NCBI GenBank assembly: GCA_964057225.1
Contig: OZ059899.1
Span: 18,786,001-18,850,000 of the forward strand
DNA: 64,000 nt
Direction of reading: 5' to 3'
Source of the DNA: Auanema rhodensis
Lineage: Eukaryota > Animalia > Nematoda
A model generated the notes under the pieces. That model saw nothing but the letters and a program-made list of their open reading frames with translations, did no database searches and was not told the DNA's origin. The translations under genes and the position numbers were made by a program. Below are positions 10,490-24,178 of the stretch, one piece after another (position 1 is the stretch's first letter; each line of letters begins with the position of its first letter).

Positions 10490-13400
10490 TTGAAAAAAGA
10501 TGCATTAGTGAATGTTGAGTTTCCATGTACACTCAACATTGCTTCCAAAAACATTTTGACAAAAATTTTTCCAAAAAATTTCAAAATAATTTCGCAAAAA
10601 GTAAATGTTTTTAGATTCCGTTTTTCAAGGCAAAAACGATACACAATGTTATTCAACAAAAAAATTAATTCTGCAGAATGAAAATCGAGGATATAAGTGT
10701 GAACTTATATCAGTTGATATCTCGGTGCATTTTTAAGCTAGCGCAAATCTGATAACACAGATCGACGCAGCTTAAAAATCCGCATCGAATGCACTATACA
10801 ACAGTGAGAAACGCTTAATACAAAAATTAGTTATGATCGTTTGAAAAATGATGCATTAGTGTATGTTGAGTTTCCATGTACACTCAACATTGCTTCCAAA
10901 AACATTTTGACAAAAATTTTTCCGAAAAATTTCAAAATAATTTTGCAAAAAGTAGATGTTTTTAGATTCCTTTTTTCAAGGCAAAGACGATGGACAATGT
11001 TATTCAACGAAAAAATTAATTCTCCAGGGTGAAAATCGAGGATGTAAGTGTGAACTTATATCAGTTGATATCTCGGTGCATTTTTAAGCTAGCGCAAATC
11101 TGATAACACAGATCGACGCAGCTTAGAAATCCGCATCGAATGCACTATACTACATCGAGAAACGCTTAATACAAAAATTAGTTATGATCGTTTGAAAAAT
11201 GATGCATTAGTGTATGTTGAGTCTCCATGTACACTCAACATTGCTTCCAAAAACATTTTTACAAAAATTTTTCCGAAAAATTTCGAAACAATTTCGCAAA
11301 AAGTAGATGTTTTTAGATTCCTTTTTTCAAGGCAAAGACGATGGACATTGTTATTCAACGAAAAAATTAATTCTGCAGGGTGAAAATCGAGGATATAAGT
11401 GTGAACTTATATCAGTTGATATCTCGGTGCATTTTTAAGGTAGCGCAAATCTGATAACACAGATCGACGCAGCTTAAAAATCCGCATCGAATGCACTATA
11501 CTACATTGAGAAACGCTTAATACAAAAATTAGTTATGATCGTTTGAAAAATGATGCATTAGTGTATGTTGAGTTTCCATGTACACTCAACATTGCTTCCA
11601 AAAACATTTTGACAAAAATTTTTCCGAAAAATTTCAAAATAATTTTGCAAAAAGTAGATGTTTTTAGATTCCTTTTTTCAAGGCAAAGACGATGGACAAT
11701 GTTATTCAACGAAAAAATTAATTCTCCAGGGTGAAAATCGAGGATGTAAGTGTGAACTTATATCAGTTGATATCTCGGTGCATTTTTAAGCTAGCGCAAA
11801 TCTGATAACACAGATCGACGCAGCTTAGAAATCCGCATCGAATGCACTATACTACATCGAGAAACGCTTAATACAAAAATTAGTTATGATCGTTTGAAAA
11901 ATGATGCATTAGTGTATGTTGAGTCTCCATGTACACTCAACATTGCTTCCAAAAACATTTTTACAAAAATTTTTCCGAAAAATTTCGAAACAATTTCGCA
12001 AAAAGTAGATGTTTTTAGATTCCTTTTTTCAAGGCAAAGACGATGGACATTGTTATTCAACGAAAAAATTAATTCTGCAGGGTGAAAATCGAGGATATAA
12101 GTGTGAACTTATATCAGTTGATATCTCGGTGCATTTTTAAGGTAGCGCAAATCTGATAACACAGATCGACGCAGCTTAAAAATCCGCATCGAATGCACTA
12201 TACTACATTGAGAAACGCTTAATACAAAAATTAGTTATGATCGTTTGAAAAATGATGCATTAGTGTATGTTGAGTTTCCATGTACACTCAACATTGCTTC
12301 CAAAAACATTTTGACAAAAATTTTTCCGAAAAATTTCAAAATAATTTTGCAAAAAGTAGATGTTTTTAGATTCCTTTTTTCAAGGCAAAGACGATGGACA
12401 AAGTTATTCAACGAAAAAATTAATTCTGCAGGGTGAAAATCGAGGATATAAGTGTGAACTTATATCAGTTGATATCTCGGTGCATTTTTAAGCTAGCGCA
12501 AATCTGATAACACAGATCGACGCAGCTTAAAAATCCGCATCGAATGCACTATACAACAGTGAGAAACGCTTAATACAAAAATTAGTTATGATCGTTTGAA
12601 AAATGATGCATTAGTGTATGTTGAGTTTCCATGTACACTCAACATTGCTTCCAAAAACATTTTGACAAAAATTTTTCCGAAAAATTTCAAAATAATTTTG
12701 CAAAAAGTAGATGTTTTTAGATTCCTTTTTTTAAGGCAAAGACGATGGACAAAGTTATTCAACGAAAAAATTAATTCTGCAGGGTGAAAATCGAGGATAT
12801 AAGTGTGAACTTATATCAGTTGATATCTCGGTGCATTTTTAAGCTAGCGCAAATCTGATAACACAGATCGACGCAGCTTAAAAATCCGCATCGAATGCAC
12901 TATACAACAGTGAGAAACGCTTAATACAAAAATTAGTTATGATCGTTTGAAAAATGATGCATTAGTGTATGTTGAGTTTCCATGTACACTCAACATTGCT
13001 TCCAAAAACATTTTGACAAAAATTTTTCCGAAAAATTTCAAAATAATTTTGCAAAAAGTAGATGTTTTTAGATTCCTTTTTTCAAGGCAAAGACGATGGA
13101 CAATGTTATTCAACGAAAAAATTAATTCTCCAGGGTGAAAATCGAGGATGTAAGTGTGAACTTATATCAGTTGATATCTCGGTGCATTTTTAAGCTAGCG
13201 CAAATCTGATAACACAGATCGACGCAGCTTAAAAAGCCGCATCGAATGCACTATACAACATTGAGAAACGCTTAATACAAAAATTAGTTATGATCGTTTG
13301 AAAAATGATGCATTAGTGTATGTTGAGTTTCCATGTACACTCAACATTGCTTCCAAAAACATTTTTACAAAAATTTTTCCGAAAAATTTCGAAACAATTT

Positions 13401-16400
13401 CGCAAAAAGTAGATGTTTTTAGATTCCTTTTTTCAAGGCAAAGACGATGGACATTGTTATTCAACGAAAAAATTAATTCTGCAGAGTGAAAATCGAGGAT
13501 ATAAGTGTGAACTTATATCAGTTGATATCTCGGTGCATTTTTAAGCTAGCGCAAATCTGATAACACAGATCGACGCAGCTTAAAAAGCCGCATCGAATGC
13601 ACTATACAACATTGAGAAACGCTTAATACAAAAATTAGTTATGATCGTTTGAAAAATGATGCATTAGTGTATGTTGAGTTTCCATGTACACTCAACATTG
13701 CTTCCAAAAACATTTTGACAAAAATTTTTCCGAAAAATTTCAAAATAATTTTGCAAAAAGTAGATGTTTTTAGATTCCTTTTTTCAAGGCAAAGACGATG
13801 GACAATGTTATTCAACGAAAAAATTAATTCTCCAGGGTGAAAATCGAGGATGTAAGTGTGAACTTATATCAGTTGATATCTCGGTGCATTTTTAAGCTAG
13901 CGCAAATCTGATAACACAGATCGACGCAGCTTAAAAAGCCGCATCGAATGCACTATACAACATTGAGAAACGCTTAATACAAAAATTAGTTATGATCGTT
14001 TGAAAAATGATGCATTAGTGTATGTTGAGTTTCCATGTACACTCAACATTGCTTCCAAAAACATTTTTACAAAAATTTTTCCGAAAAATTTCGAAACAAT
14101 TTCGCAAAAAGTAGATGTTTTTAGATTCCTTTTTTCAAGGCAAAGACGATGGACATTGTTATTCAACGAAAAAATTAATTCTGCAGAGTGAAAATCGAGG
14201 ATATAAGTGTGAACTTATATCAGTTGATATCTCGGTGCATTTTTAAGCTAGCGCAAATCTGATAACACAGATCGACGCAGCTTAAAAAGCCGCATCGAAT
14301 GCACTATACAACATTGAGAAACGCTTAATACAAAAATTAGTTATGATCGTTTGAAAAATGATGCATTAGTGTATGTTGAGTTTCCATGTACACTCAACAT
14401 TGCTTCCAAAAACATTTTTACAAAAATTTTTCCGAAAAATTTCGAAACAATTTCGCAAAAAGTAGATGTTTTTAGATTCCTTTTTTCAAGGCAAAGACGA
14501 TGGACAATGTTATTCAACGAAAAAATTAATTCTCCAGGGTGAAAATCGAGGATGTAAGTGTGAACTTATATCAGTTGATATCTCGGTGCATTTTTAAGCT
14601 AGCGCAAATCTGATAACACAGATCGACGCAGCTTAAAAAGCCGCATCGAATGCACTATACAACATTGAGAAACGCTTAATACAAAAATTAGTTATGATCG
14701 TTTGAAAAATGATGCATTAGTGTATGTTGAGTTTCCATGTACACTCAACATTGCTTCCAAAAACATTTTTACAAAAATTTTTCCGAAAAATTTCGAAACA
14801 ATTTCGCAAAAAGTAGATGTTTTTAGATTCCTTTTTTCAAGGCAAAGACGATGGACATTGTTATTCAACGAAAAAATTAATTCTGCAGAGTGAAAATCGA
14901 GGATATAAGTGTGAACTTATATCAGTTGATATCTCGGTGCATTTTTAAGCTAGCGCAAATCTGATAACACAGATCGACGCAGCTTAAAAAGCCGCATCGA
15001 ATGCACTATACAACATTGAGAAACGCTTAATACAAAAATTAGTTATGATCGTTTGAAAAATGATGCATTAGTGTATGTTGAGTTTCCATGTACACTCAAC
15101 ATTGCTTCCAAAAACATTTTTACAAAAATTTTTCCGAAAAATTTCGAAACAATTTCGCAAAAAGTAGATGTTTTTAGATTCCTTTTTTCAAGGCAAAGAC
15201 GATGGACATTGTTATTCAACGAAAAAATTAATTCTGCAGGGTGAAAATCGAGGATATAAGTGTGAACTTATATCAGTTGATATCTCGGTGCATTTTTAAG
15301 GTAGCGCAAATCTGATAACACAGATCGACGCAGCTTAGAAATCCGCATCGAATGCACTATACTACATTGAGGAACGCTTAATACAAAAATTAGTTATGAT
15401 CGTTTGAAAAATGATGCATTAGTGTATGTTGAGTTTCCATGTACACTCAACATTGCTTCCAAAAACATTTTTACAAAAATTTTTCCGAAAAATTTCGAAA
15501 TAATTTCGCAGAAAGTAGATGTTTTTAGATTCCTTTTTTCAAGGCAAAGACGATGGACATTGTTATTCAACGAAAAAATTAATTCTGCAGGGTGAAAATC
15601 GAGGATATAAGTGTGAACTTATATTAGTTGATATCTCGGTGCATCTTTAAGCTAGCGCAAATCTGATAACACAGATCGACGCAGCTTAAAAATCCGCATC
15701 GAATGCACTATACTACATTGAGAAACGCTTAATACAAAAATTAGTTATGATCTTTTGAAAAATGATGCATTAGTGTATGTTGAGTTTCCATGTACACTCA
15801 ACATTGCTTCCAAAAACATTTTGACAAAAATTTTTCCGAAAAATTTCAAAATAATTTTGCAAAAAGTAGTTGTTTTTAGATTCCTTTTCTCAAGGCAAAG
15901 ACGATGGACAATGTTATTCAACGAAAAAATTAATTCTGCAGGGTGAAAATCGAGGATATAAGTGTGAACTTATATCAGTTGATATCTCGGTGAATTTTTA
16001 AGCTAGCGCAAATCTGATAAAACAGATCGACGCAGCTTAAAAATCCGCATCGAATGCACTATACAACATTGAGAAACGCTTAATACAAAAATTAGTTATG
16101 ATCGTTTGAAAAAAGACGCATTAGTGTATGTTGAGTTTCCATGTACACTCAACATTGCTTCCAAAAACATTTTGACAAAAATTTTTCCAGAAAATTTCAA
16201 AATAATTTCGCAAAAAGTAGATGTTTTTAGATTCCTTTTTTCAAGGCAAAGACGATGGACAATGTTATTCAACGAAAAAATTAATTATGCAGGGTGAAAA
16301 TCGAGGATATAAGTGTGAACTTATATCAGTTGATATCTCGGTGCATTTTTAAGCTAGCGCAAATCTGATAACACAGATCGACGCAGCTTAAAAATCCGCA

Positions 16401-19400
16401 TCGAATGCACTATACAACATTGAGAAACGCTTAATACAAAAATTAGTTATGATCGTTTGAAAAATGATGCATTAGTGTATGTTGAGTTTCCATGTACACT
16501 CAACATTGCTTCCAAAAACATTTTTACAAAAATTTTTCCGGAAAATTTCGAAACAATTTCGCAAAAAGTAGATGTTTTTAGATTCCTTTTTTCAAGGCAA
16601 AGACGATGGACAATGTTATTCAACGAAAAAATTAATTCTGCAGGGTGAAAATCGAGGATATAAGTGTGAACTTATATCAGTTGATATCTCGGTGCATTTT
16701 TAAGCTAGCGCAAATCTGATAACACAGATCGACGCAGCTTAAAAATCCGCATCGAATGCACTATACAACATTGAGAAACGCTTAATACAAAAATTAGTTA
16801 TGATCGTTTGAAAAATGATGCATTAGTGTATGTTGAGTTTCCATGTACACTCAACATCGCTTCCAAAAACATTTTTACAAAAATTTTTCCGAAAAATTTC
16901 GAAACAATTTCGCAAAAAGTAGATGTTTTTAGATTCCTTTTTTCAAGGCAAAGACGATGGACAATGTTATTCAACGAAAAAATTAATTCTCCAGGGTGAA
17001 AATCGAGGAAATAAGTGTGAACTTATATCAGTTGATATCTCGGTGCATTTTTAAGCTAGCGCAAATCTGATAACACAGATCGACGCAGCTTAAAAATCCG
17101 CATCGAATGCACTATACAACATTGAGAAACGCTTAATACAAAAATTAGTTATGATCGTTTGAAAAATGATGCATTAGTGTATGTTGAGTTTCCATGTACA
17201 CTCAACATTGCTTCCAAAAACATTTTTACAAAAATTTTTCCGGAAAATTTCGAAACAATTTTGCAAAAAGTAGATGTTTTTAGATTCCTTTTTTCAAGGC
17301 AAAGACGATGGACAATGTTATTCAACGAAAAAATTAATTCTGCTGGGTGAAAATCGAGGATATAAGTGTGAACTTATATCAGTTGATATCTCGGTGCATT
17401 TTTAAGCTAGCGCAAATCTGATAACACAGATCGACGCAGCTTAAAAATCCGCATCGAATGCACTATACAACATTGAGAAACGCTTAATACAAAAATTAGT
17501 TATGATCGTTTGAAAAATGATGCATTAGTGTATGTTGAGTTTCCATGTACACTCAACATTGCTTCCAAAAACATTTTTACAAAAATTTTTCCGGAAAATT
17601 TCGAAACAATTTTGCAAAAAGTAGATGTTTTTAGATTCCTTTTTTCAAGGCAAAGACGATGGACAATGTTATTCAACGAAAAAATTAATTCTGCTGGGTG
17701 AAAATCGAGGATATAAGTGTGAACTTATATCAGTTGATATCTCGGTGCATTTTTAAGCTAGCGCAAATCTGATAACACAGATCGACGCAACTTAAAAATC
17801 CGCATCGAATGCACTATACAACATTGAGAAACGCTTAATACAAAAATTAGTTATGATCGTTTGAAAAATGATGCATTAGTGTATGTTGAGTTTCCATGTA
17901 CACTCAACATTGCTTCCAAAAACATTTTTACAAAAATTTTTCCGGAAAATTTCAAAATAATTTCGCAAAAAGTAGATGTTTTTAAATTCCTTTTTTCAAG
18001 GCAAAAACGATGGACAATGTTATTCAACGAAAAAATTAATTCTCCAGGGTGAAAATCGAGGATGTAAGTGTGAACTTATATCAGTTGATATCTCGGTGCA
18101 TTTTTAAGCTAGCGCAAATCTGATAACACAGATCGACGCAACTTAAAAATCCGCATCGAATGCACTATACAACATTGAGAAACGCTTAATACAAAAATTA
18201 GTTATGATCGTTTGAAAAATGATGCATTAGTGTATGTTGAGTTTCCATGTACACTCAACATTGCTTCCAAAAACATTTTTACAAAAATTTTTCCGGAAAA
18301 TTTCAAAATAATTTCGCAAAAAGTAGATGTTTTTAAATTCCTTTTTTCAAGGCAAAAACGATGGACAATGTTATTCAACGAAAAAATTAATTCTCCAGGG
18401 TGAAAATCGAGGATGTAAGTGTGAACTTATATCAGTTGATATCTCGGTGCATTTTTAAGCTAGCGCAAATCTGATAACACAGATCGACGCAGCTTAAAAA
18501 TCCGCATCGAATGCACTATACAACATTGAGAAACGCTTAATACAAAAATTAGTTATGATCGTTTGAAAAATGATGCATTAGTGTATGTTGAGTTTCCATG
18601 TACACTCAACATTGCTTCCAAAAACATTTTTACAAAAATTTTTCCGAAAAATTTCGAAACAATTTCGCAAAAAGTAGATGTTTTTAGATTCCTTTTTTCA
18701 AGGCAAAGACGATGGACAATGTTATTCAACGAAAAAATTAATTCTCCAGGGTGAAAATCGAGGATATAAGTGTGAACTTATATCAGTTGATATCTCGGTG
18801 CATTTTTAAGCTAGCGCAAATCTGATAAAACAGATCGACGCAGCTTAAAAATCCGCATCGAATGCACTATACAACATTGAGAAACGCTTAATACAAAAAT
18901 TAGTTATGATCGTTTGAAAAATGATGCATTAGTGTATGTTGAGTTTCCATGTACACTCAACATTGCTTCCAAAAACATTTTTACAAAAATTTTTCCGGAA
19001 AATTTCGGAACAATTTTGCAAAAAGTAGATGTTTTTAGATTCCTTTTTTCAAGGCAAAGACGATGGACAATGTTACTCAACGAAAAAATTAATTCTGCTG
19101 GGTGAAAATCGAGGATATAAGTGTGAACATATATCAGTTGATATCTCGGTGCATTTTTAAGCTAGCGCAAATCTGATAACACAGATCGACGCAGCTTAAA
19201 AATCCGCATCGAATGCACTATACAACATTGAGAAACGCTTAATACAAAAATTAGTTATGATCGTTTGAAAAATGATGCATTAGTGTATGTTGAGTTTCCA
19301 TGTACACTCAACATTGCTTCCAAAAACATTTTTACAAAAATTTTTCCGGAAAATTTCAAAATAATTTCGCAAAAAGTAGATGTTTTTAAATTCCTTTTTT

Positions 19401-21370
19401 CAAGGCAAAAACGATGGACAATGTTATTCAACGAAAAAATTAATTCTCCAGGGTGAAAATCGAGGATGTAAGTGTGAACTTATATCAGTTGATATCTCGG
19501 TGCATTTTCAAGCTAGCGCAAATCTGATAACACAGATCGACGCAGCTTAAAAATCCGCATCGAATGCACTATACAACATTGAGAAACGCTTAATACAAAA
19601 ATTAGTTATGATCGTTTGAAAAATGATGCATTAGTGTATGTTGAGTTTCCATGTACACTCAACATTGCTTCCAAAAACATTTTTACAAAAATTTTTCCGA
19701 AAAATTTCGAAACAATTTCGCAAAAAGTAGATGTTTTTAGATTCCTTTTTTCAAGGCAAAGACGATGGACAATGTTATTCAACGAAAAAATTAATTCTCC
19801 AGGGTGAAAATCGAGGATATAAGTGTGAACTTATATCAGTTGATATCTCGGTGCATTTTTAAGCTAGCGCAAATCTGATAAAACAGATCGACGCAGCTTA
19901 AAAATCCGCATCGAATGCACTATACAACATTGAGAAACGCTTAATACAAAAATTAGTTATGATCGTTTGAAAAATGATGCATTAGTGTATGTTGAGTTTC
20001 CATGTACACTCAACATTGCTTCCAAAAACATTTTGACAAAAATTTTTCCGAAAAATTTCAAAATAATTTCGCAAAAAGTGGATGTTTTTAAATTCCTTTT
20101 TTCAAGGCAAAAACGATGGACAATGTTATTCAACGAAAAAATTAATTCTCCAGGGTGAAAATCGAGGATGTAAGTGGGAACTTATATCAGTTGATATCTC
20201 GGTGCATTTTTAAGCTAGCGCAAATCTGATAAAACAGATCGACGCAGCTTAAAAATCCGCATCGAATGCACTATACAACATTGAGAAACGCTTAATACAA
20301 AAATTAGTTATGATCGTTTGAAAAATGATGCATTAGTGTATGTTGAGTTTCCATGTACACTCAACATTGCTTCCAAAAACATTTTGACAAAAATTTTTCC
20401 GAAAAATTTCAAAATAATTTCGCAAAAAGTGGATGTTTTTAAATTCCTTTTTTCAAGGCAAAAACGATGGACAATGTTATTCAACGAAAAAATTAATTCT
20501 CCAGGGTGAAAATCGAGGATGTAAGTGGGAACTTATATCAGTTGATATCTCGGTGCATTTTTAAGCTAGCGCAAATCTGATAAAACAGATCGACGCAGCT
20601 TAAAAATCCGCATCGAATGCACTATACAACATTGAGAAACGCTTAATACAAAAATTAGTTATGATCGTTTGAAAAATGATGCATTAGTGTATGTTGAGTT
20701 TCCATGTACACTCAACATTGCTTCCAAAAACATTTTGACAAAAATTTTTCCGAAAAATTTCAAAATAATTTTGCAAAAAGTAGATGTTTTTAGATTTCTT
20801 TTTTCAAGGCAAAGACGATGGACAATGTTATTCAACGAAAAAATTAATTCTCCAGGGTGAAAATCGAGGATGTAAGTGTGAACTTATATCAGTTGATATC
20901 TCGGTGCATTTTTAAGCTAGCGCAAATCTGATAACACAGATCGACGCAGCTTAAAAAGCCACATCGAATGCACTATACAACATTGAGAAACGCTTAATAC
21001 AAAAATTAGTTATGATCGTTTGAAAAATGATGCATTAGTGTATGTTGAGTTTCCATGTACACTCAACATTGCTTCCAAAAACATTTTTACAAAAATTTTT
21101 CCGAAAAATTTCGAAACAATTTCGCAAAAAGTAGATGTTTTTAGATTCCTTCTTTCAAGGCAAAGACGATGGACATTGTTATTCAACGAAAAAATTAATT
21201 CTGCAGGGTGAAAATCGAGGATATAAATGTGAACTTATATCAGTTGATATCTCGGTGCATTTTTAAGGTAGCGCAAATCTGATAAAACAGATCGACGCAG
21301 CTTAAAAATCCGCATCGAATGCACTATACAACATTGAGAAACGCTTAATACAAAAATTAGTTATGATCGT

Positions 21371-24178
21371 TTGAAAAATGATGCATTAGTGTATGTTGAG
21401 TTTCCATGTACACTCAACATTGCTTCCAAAAACATTTTTACAAAAATTTTTCCGAAAAATTTCGAAACATTTTCGCAAAAAGTAGATGTTTTTAGATTCC
21501 TTTTTTCAAGGCAAAGACGATGGACATTGTTATTCAACGAAAAAATTAATTCTGCAGGGTGAAAATTGAGGATATAAGTGTGAACTTATATCAGTTGATA
21601 TCTCGGTGCATTTTTAAGCTAGCGCAAATCTGATAACACAGATCGTCGCAGCTTAAAAATCCGCATCGAATGCACTATACAACATTGAAAAACGCTTAAT
21701 ACAAAAATTAGTTATGATCGTTTGAAAAATGATGCATTAGTGTATGTTGAGTTTCCATGTACAATCAACATTGCTTCCAAAAACATTTTGACAAAAATTT
21801 TTCCGAAAAATTTCAAAATAATTTCGCAAAAAGTAGATGTTTTTAAATTCCTTTTTTCAAGGCAAAAACGATGGACAATGTTATTCAACGAAAAAATTAA
21901 TTCTCCAGGGTGAAAATCGAGGATGTAAGTGTGAACTTATATCAGTTGATATCTCGGTGCATTTTCAAGCTAGCGCAAATCTGATAACACAGATCGACGC
22001 AGCTTTAAAATCCGCATCGAATGCACTAAACAACATTGAGAAACGCTTAATACAAAAATTAGTTATGATCGTTTGAAAAATGATGCATTAGTGTATGTTG
22101 AGTTTCCATGTACACTCAACATTGCTTCCAAAAACATTTTTACAAAAATTTTTCCGAAAAATTTCGAAACATTTTCGCAAAAAGTAGATGTTTTTAGATT
22201 CCTTTTTTCAAGGCAAAGACGATGGACAATGTTATTCAACGAAAAAATTAATTCTGCTGGGTGAAAATCGAGGATATAAGTGTGAACTTATATCAGTTGA
22301 TATCTCGGTGCATTTTTAAGCTAGCGCAAATCTGATAACACAGATCGACGCAGCTTAAAAATCCGCATCGAATGCACTATACAACATTGAGAAACGCTTA
22401 ATACAAAAATTAGTTATGATCGTTTGAAAAATGATGCATTAGTGTATGTTGAGTTTCCATGTACACTCAACATTGCTTCCAAAAACATTTTTACAAAAAT
22501 TTTTCCGGAAAATTTCAAAATAATTTCGCAAAAAGTAGATGTTTTTAAATTCCTTTTTTCAAGGCAAAAACGATGGACAATGTTATTCAACGAAAAAATT
22601 AATTCTCCAGGGTGAAAATCGAGGATGTAAGTGTGAACTTATATCAGTTGATATCTCGGTGCATTTTCAAGCTAGCGCAAATCTGATAACACAGATCGAC
22701 GCAGCTTAAAAAGCCGCATCGAATGCACTATACAACATTGAGAAACGCTTAATACAAAAATTAGTTATGATCGTTTGAAAAATGATGCATTAGTGTATGT
22801 TGAGTTTCCATGTACACTCAACATTGCTTCCAAAAACATTTTTACAAAAATTTTTCCGAAAAATTTCGAAACATTTTCGCAAAAAGTAGATGTTTTTAGA
22901 TTCCTTTTTTCAAGGCAAAGACGATGGACATTGTTATTCAACGAAAAAATTAATTCTGCAGGGTGAAAATCGAGGATATAAGTGTGAACTTATATCAGTT
23001 GATATCTCGGTGCATTTTTAAGCTAGCGCAAATCTGATAACACAGATCGTGGCAGCTTAAAAATCCGCATCGAATGCACTATACAACATTGAGAAACGCT
23101 TAATACAAAAATTAGTTATGATCGTTTGAAAAATGATGCATTAGTGTATGTTGAGTTTCCATGTACAATCAACATTGCTTCCAAAAACATTTTGACAAAA
23201 ATTTTTCCGAAAAATTTCAAAATAATTTCGCAAAAAGTAGATGTTTTTAAATTCCTTTTTTCAAGGCAAAAACGATGGACAATGTTATTCAACGAAAAAA
23301 TTAATTCTCCAGGGTGAAAATCGAGGATGTAAGTGTGAACTTATATCAGTTGATATCTCGGTGCATTTTCAAGCTAGCGCAAATCTGATAACACAGATCG
23401 ACGCAGCTTAAAAATCCGCATCGAATGCACTAAACAACATTGAGAAACGCTTAATACAAAAATTAGTTATGATCGTTTGAAAAATGATGCATTAGTGTAT
23501 GTTGAGTTTCCATGTACACTCAACATTGCTTCCAAAAACATTTTTACAAAAATTTTTCCGAAAAATTTCGAAACATTTTCGCAAAAAGTAGATGTTTTTA
23601 GATTCCTTTTTTCAAGGCAAAGACGATGGACAATGTTATTCAACGAAAAAATTAATTCTGCTGGGTGAAAATCGAGGATATAAGTGTGAACTTATATCAG
23701 TTGATATCTCGGTGCATTTTTAAGCTAGCGCAAATCTGATAACACAGATCGACGCAGCTTAAAAATCCGCATCGAATGCACTATACAACATTGAGAAACG
23801 CTTAATACAAAAATTAGTTATGATCGTTTGAAAAATGATGCATTAGTGTATGTTGAGTTTCCATGTACACTCAACATTGCTTCCAAAAACATTTTTACAA
23901 AAATTTTTCCGGAAAATTTCAAAATAATTTCGCAAAAAGTAGATGTTTTTAAATTCCTTTTTTCAAGGCAAAAACGATGGACAATGTTATTCAACGAAAA
24001 AATTAATTCTCCAGGGTGAAAATCGAGGATGTAAGTGTGAACTTATATCAGTTGATATCTCGGTGCATTTTTAAGCTAGCGCAAATCTGATAAAACAGAT
24101 CGACGCAGCTTAAAAATCCGCATCGAATGCACTATACAACATTGAGAAACGCTTAATACAAAAATTAGTTATGATCGT
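21371..24178. repeat. Local tetrameric (1404-bp) duplication
   Basis: The rare ACAATC variant occurs in units 21722 and 23126 (1404 apart), and the flanking unit types repeat in the same order. Confidence 0.85.

Noticed and set aside
21837-22076. 79-aa alternative-frame ORF
   Set aside because: It arises in a single unit from chance loss of stop codons (TAA>CAA, TAA>TTA and GATGTA variants).
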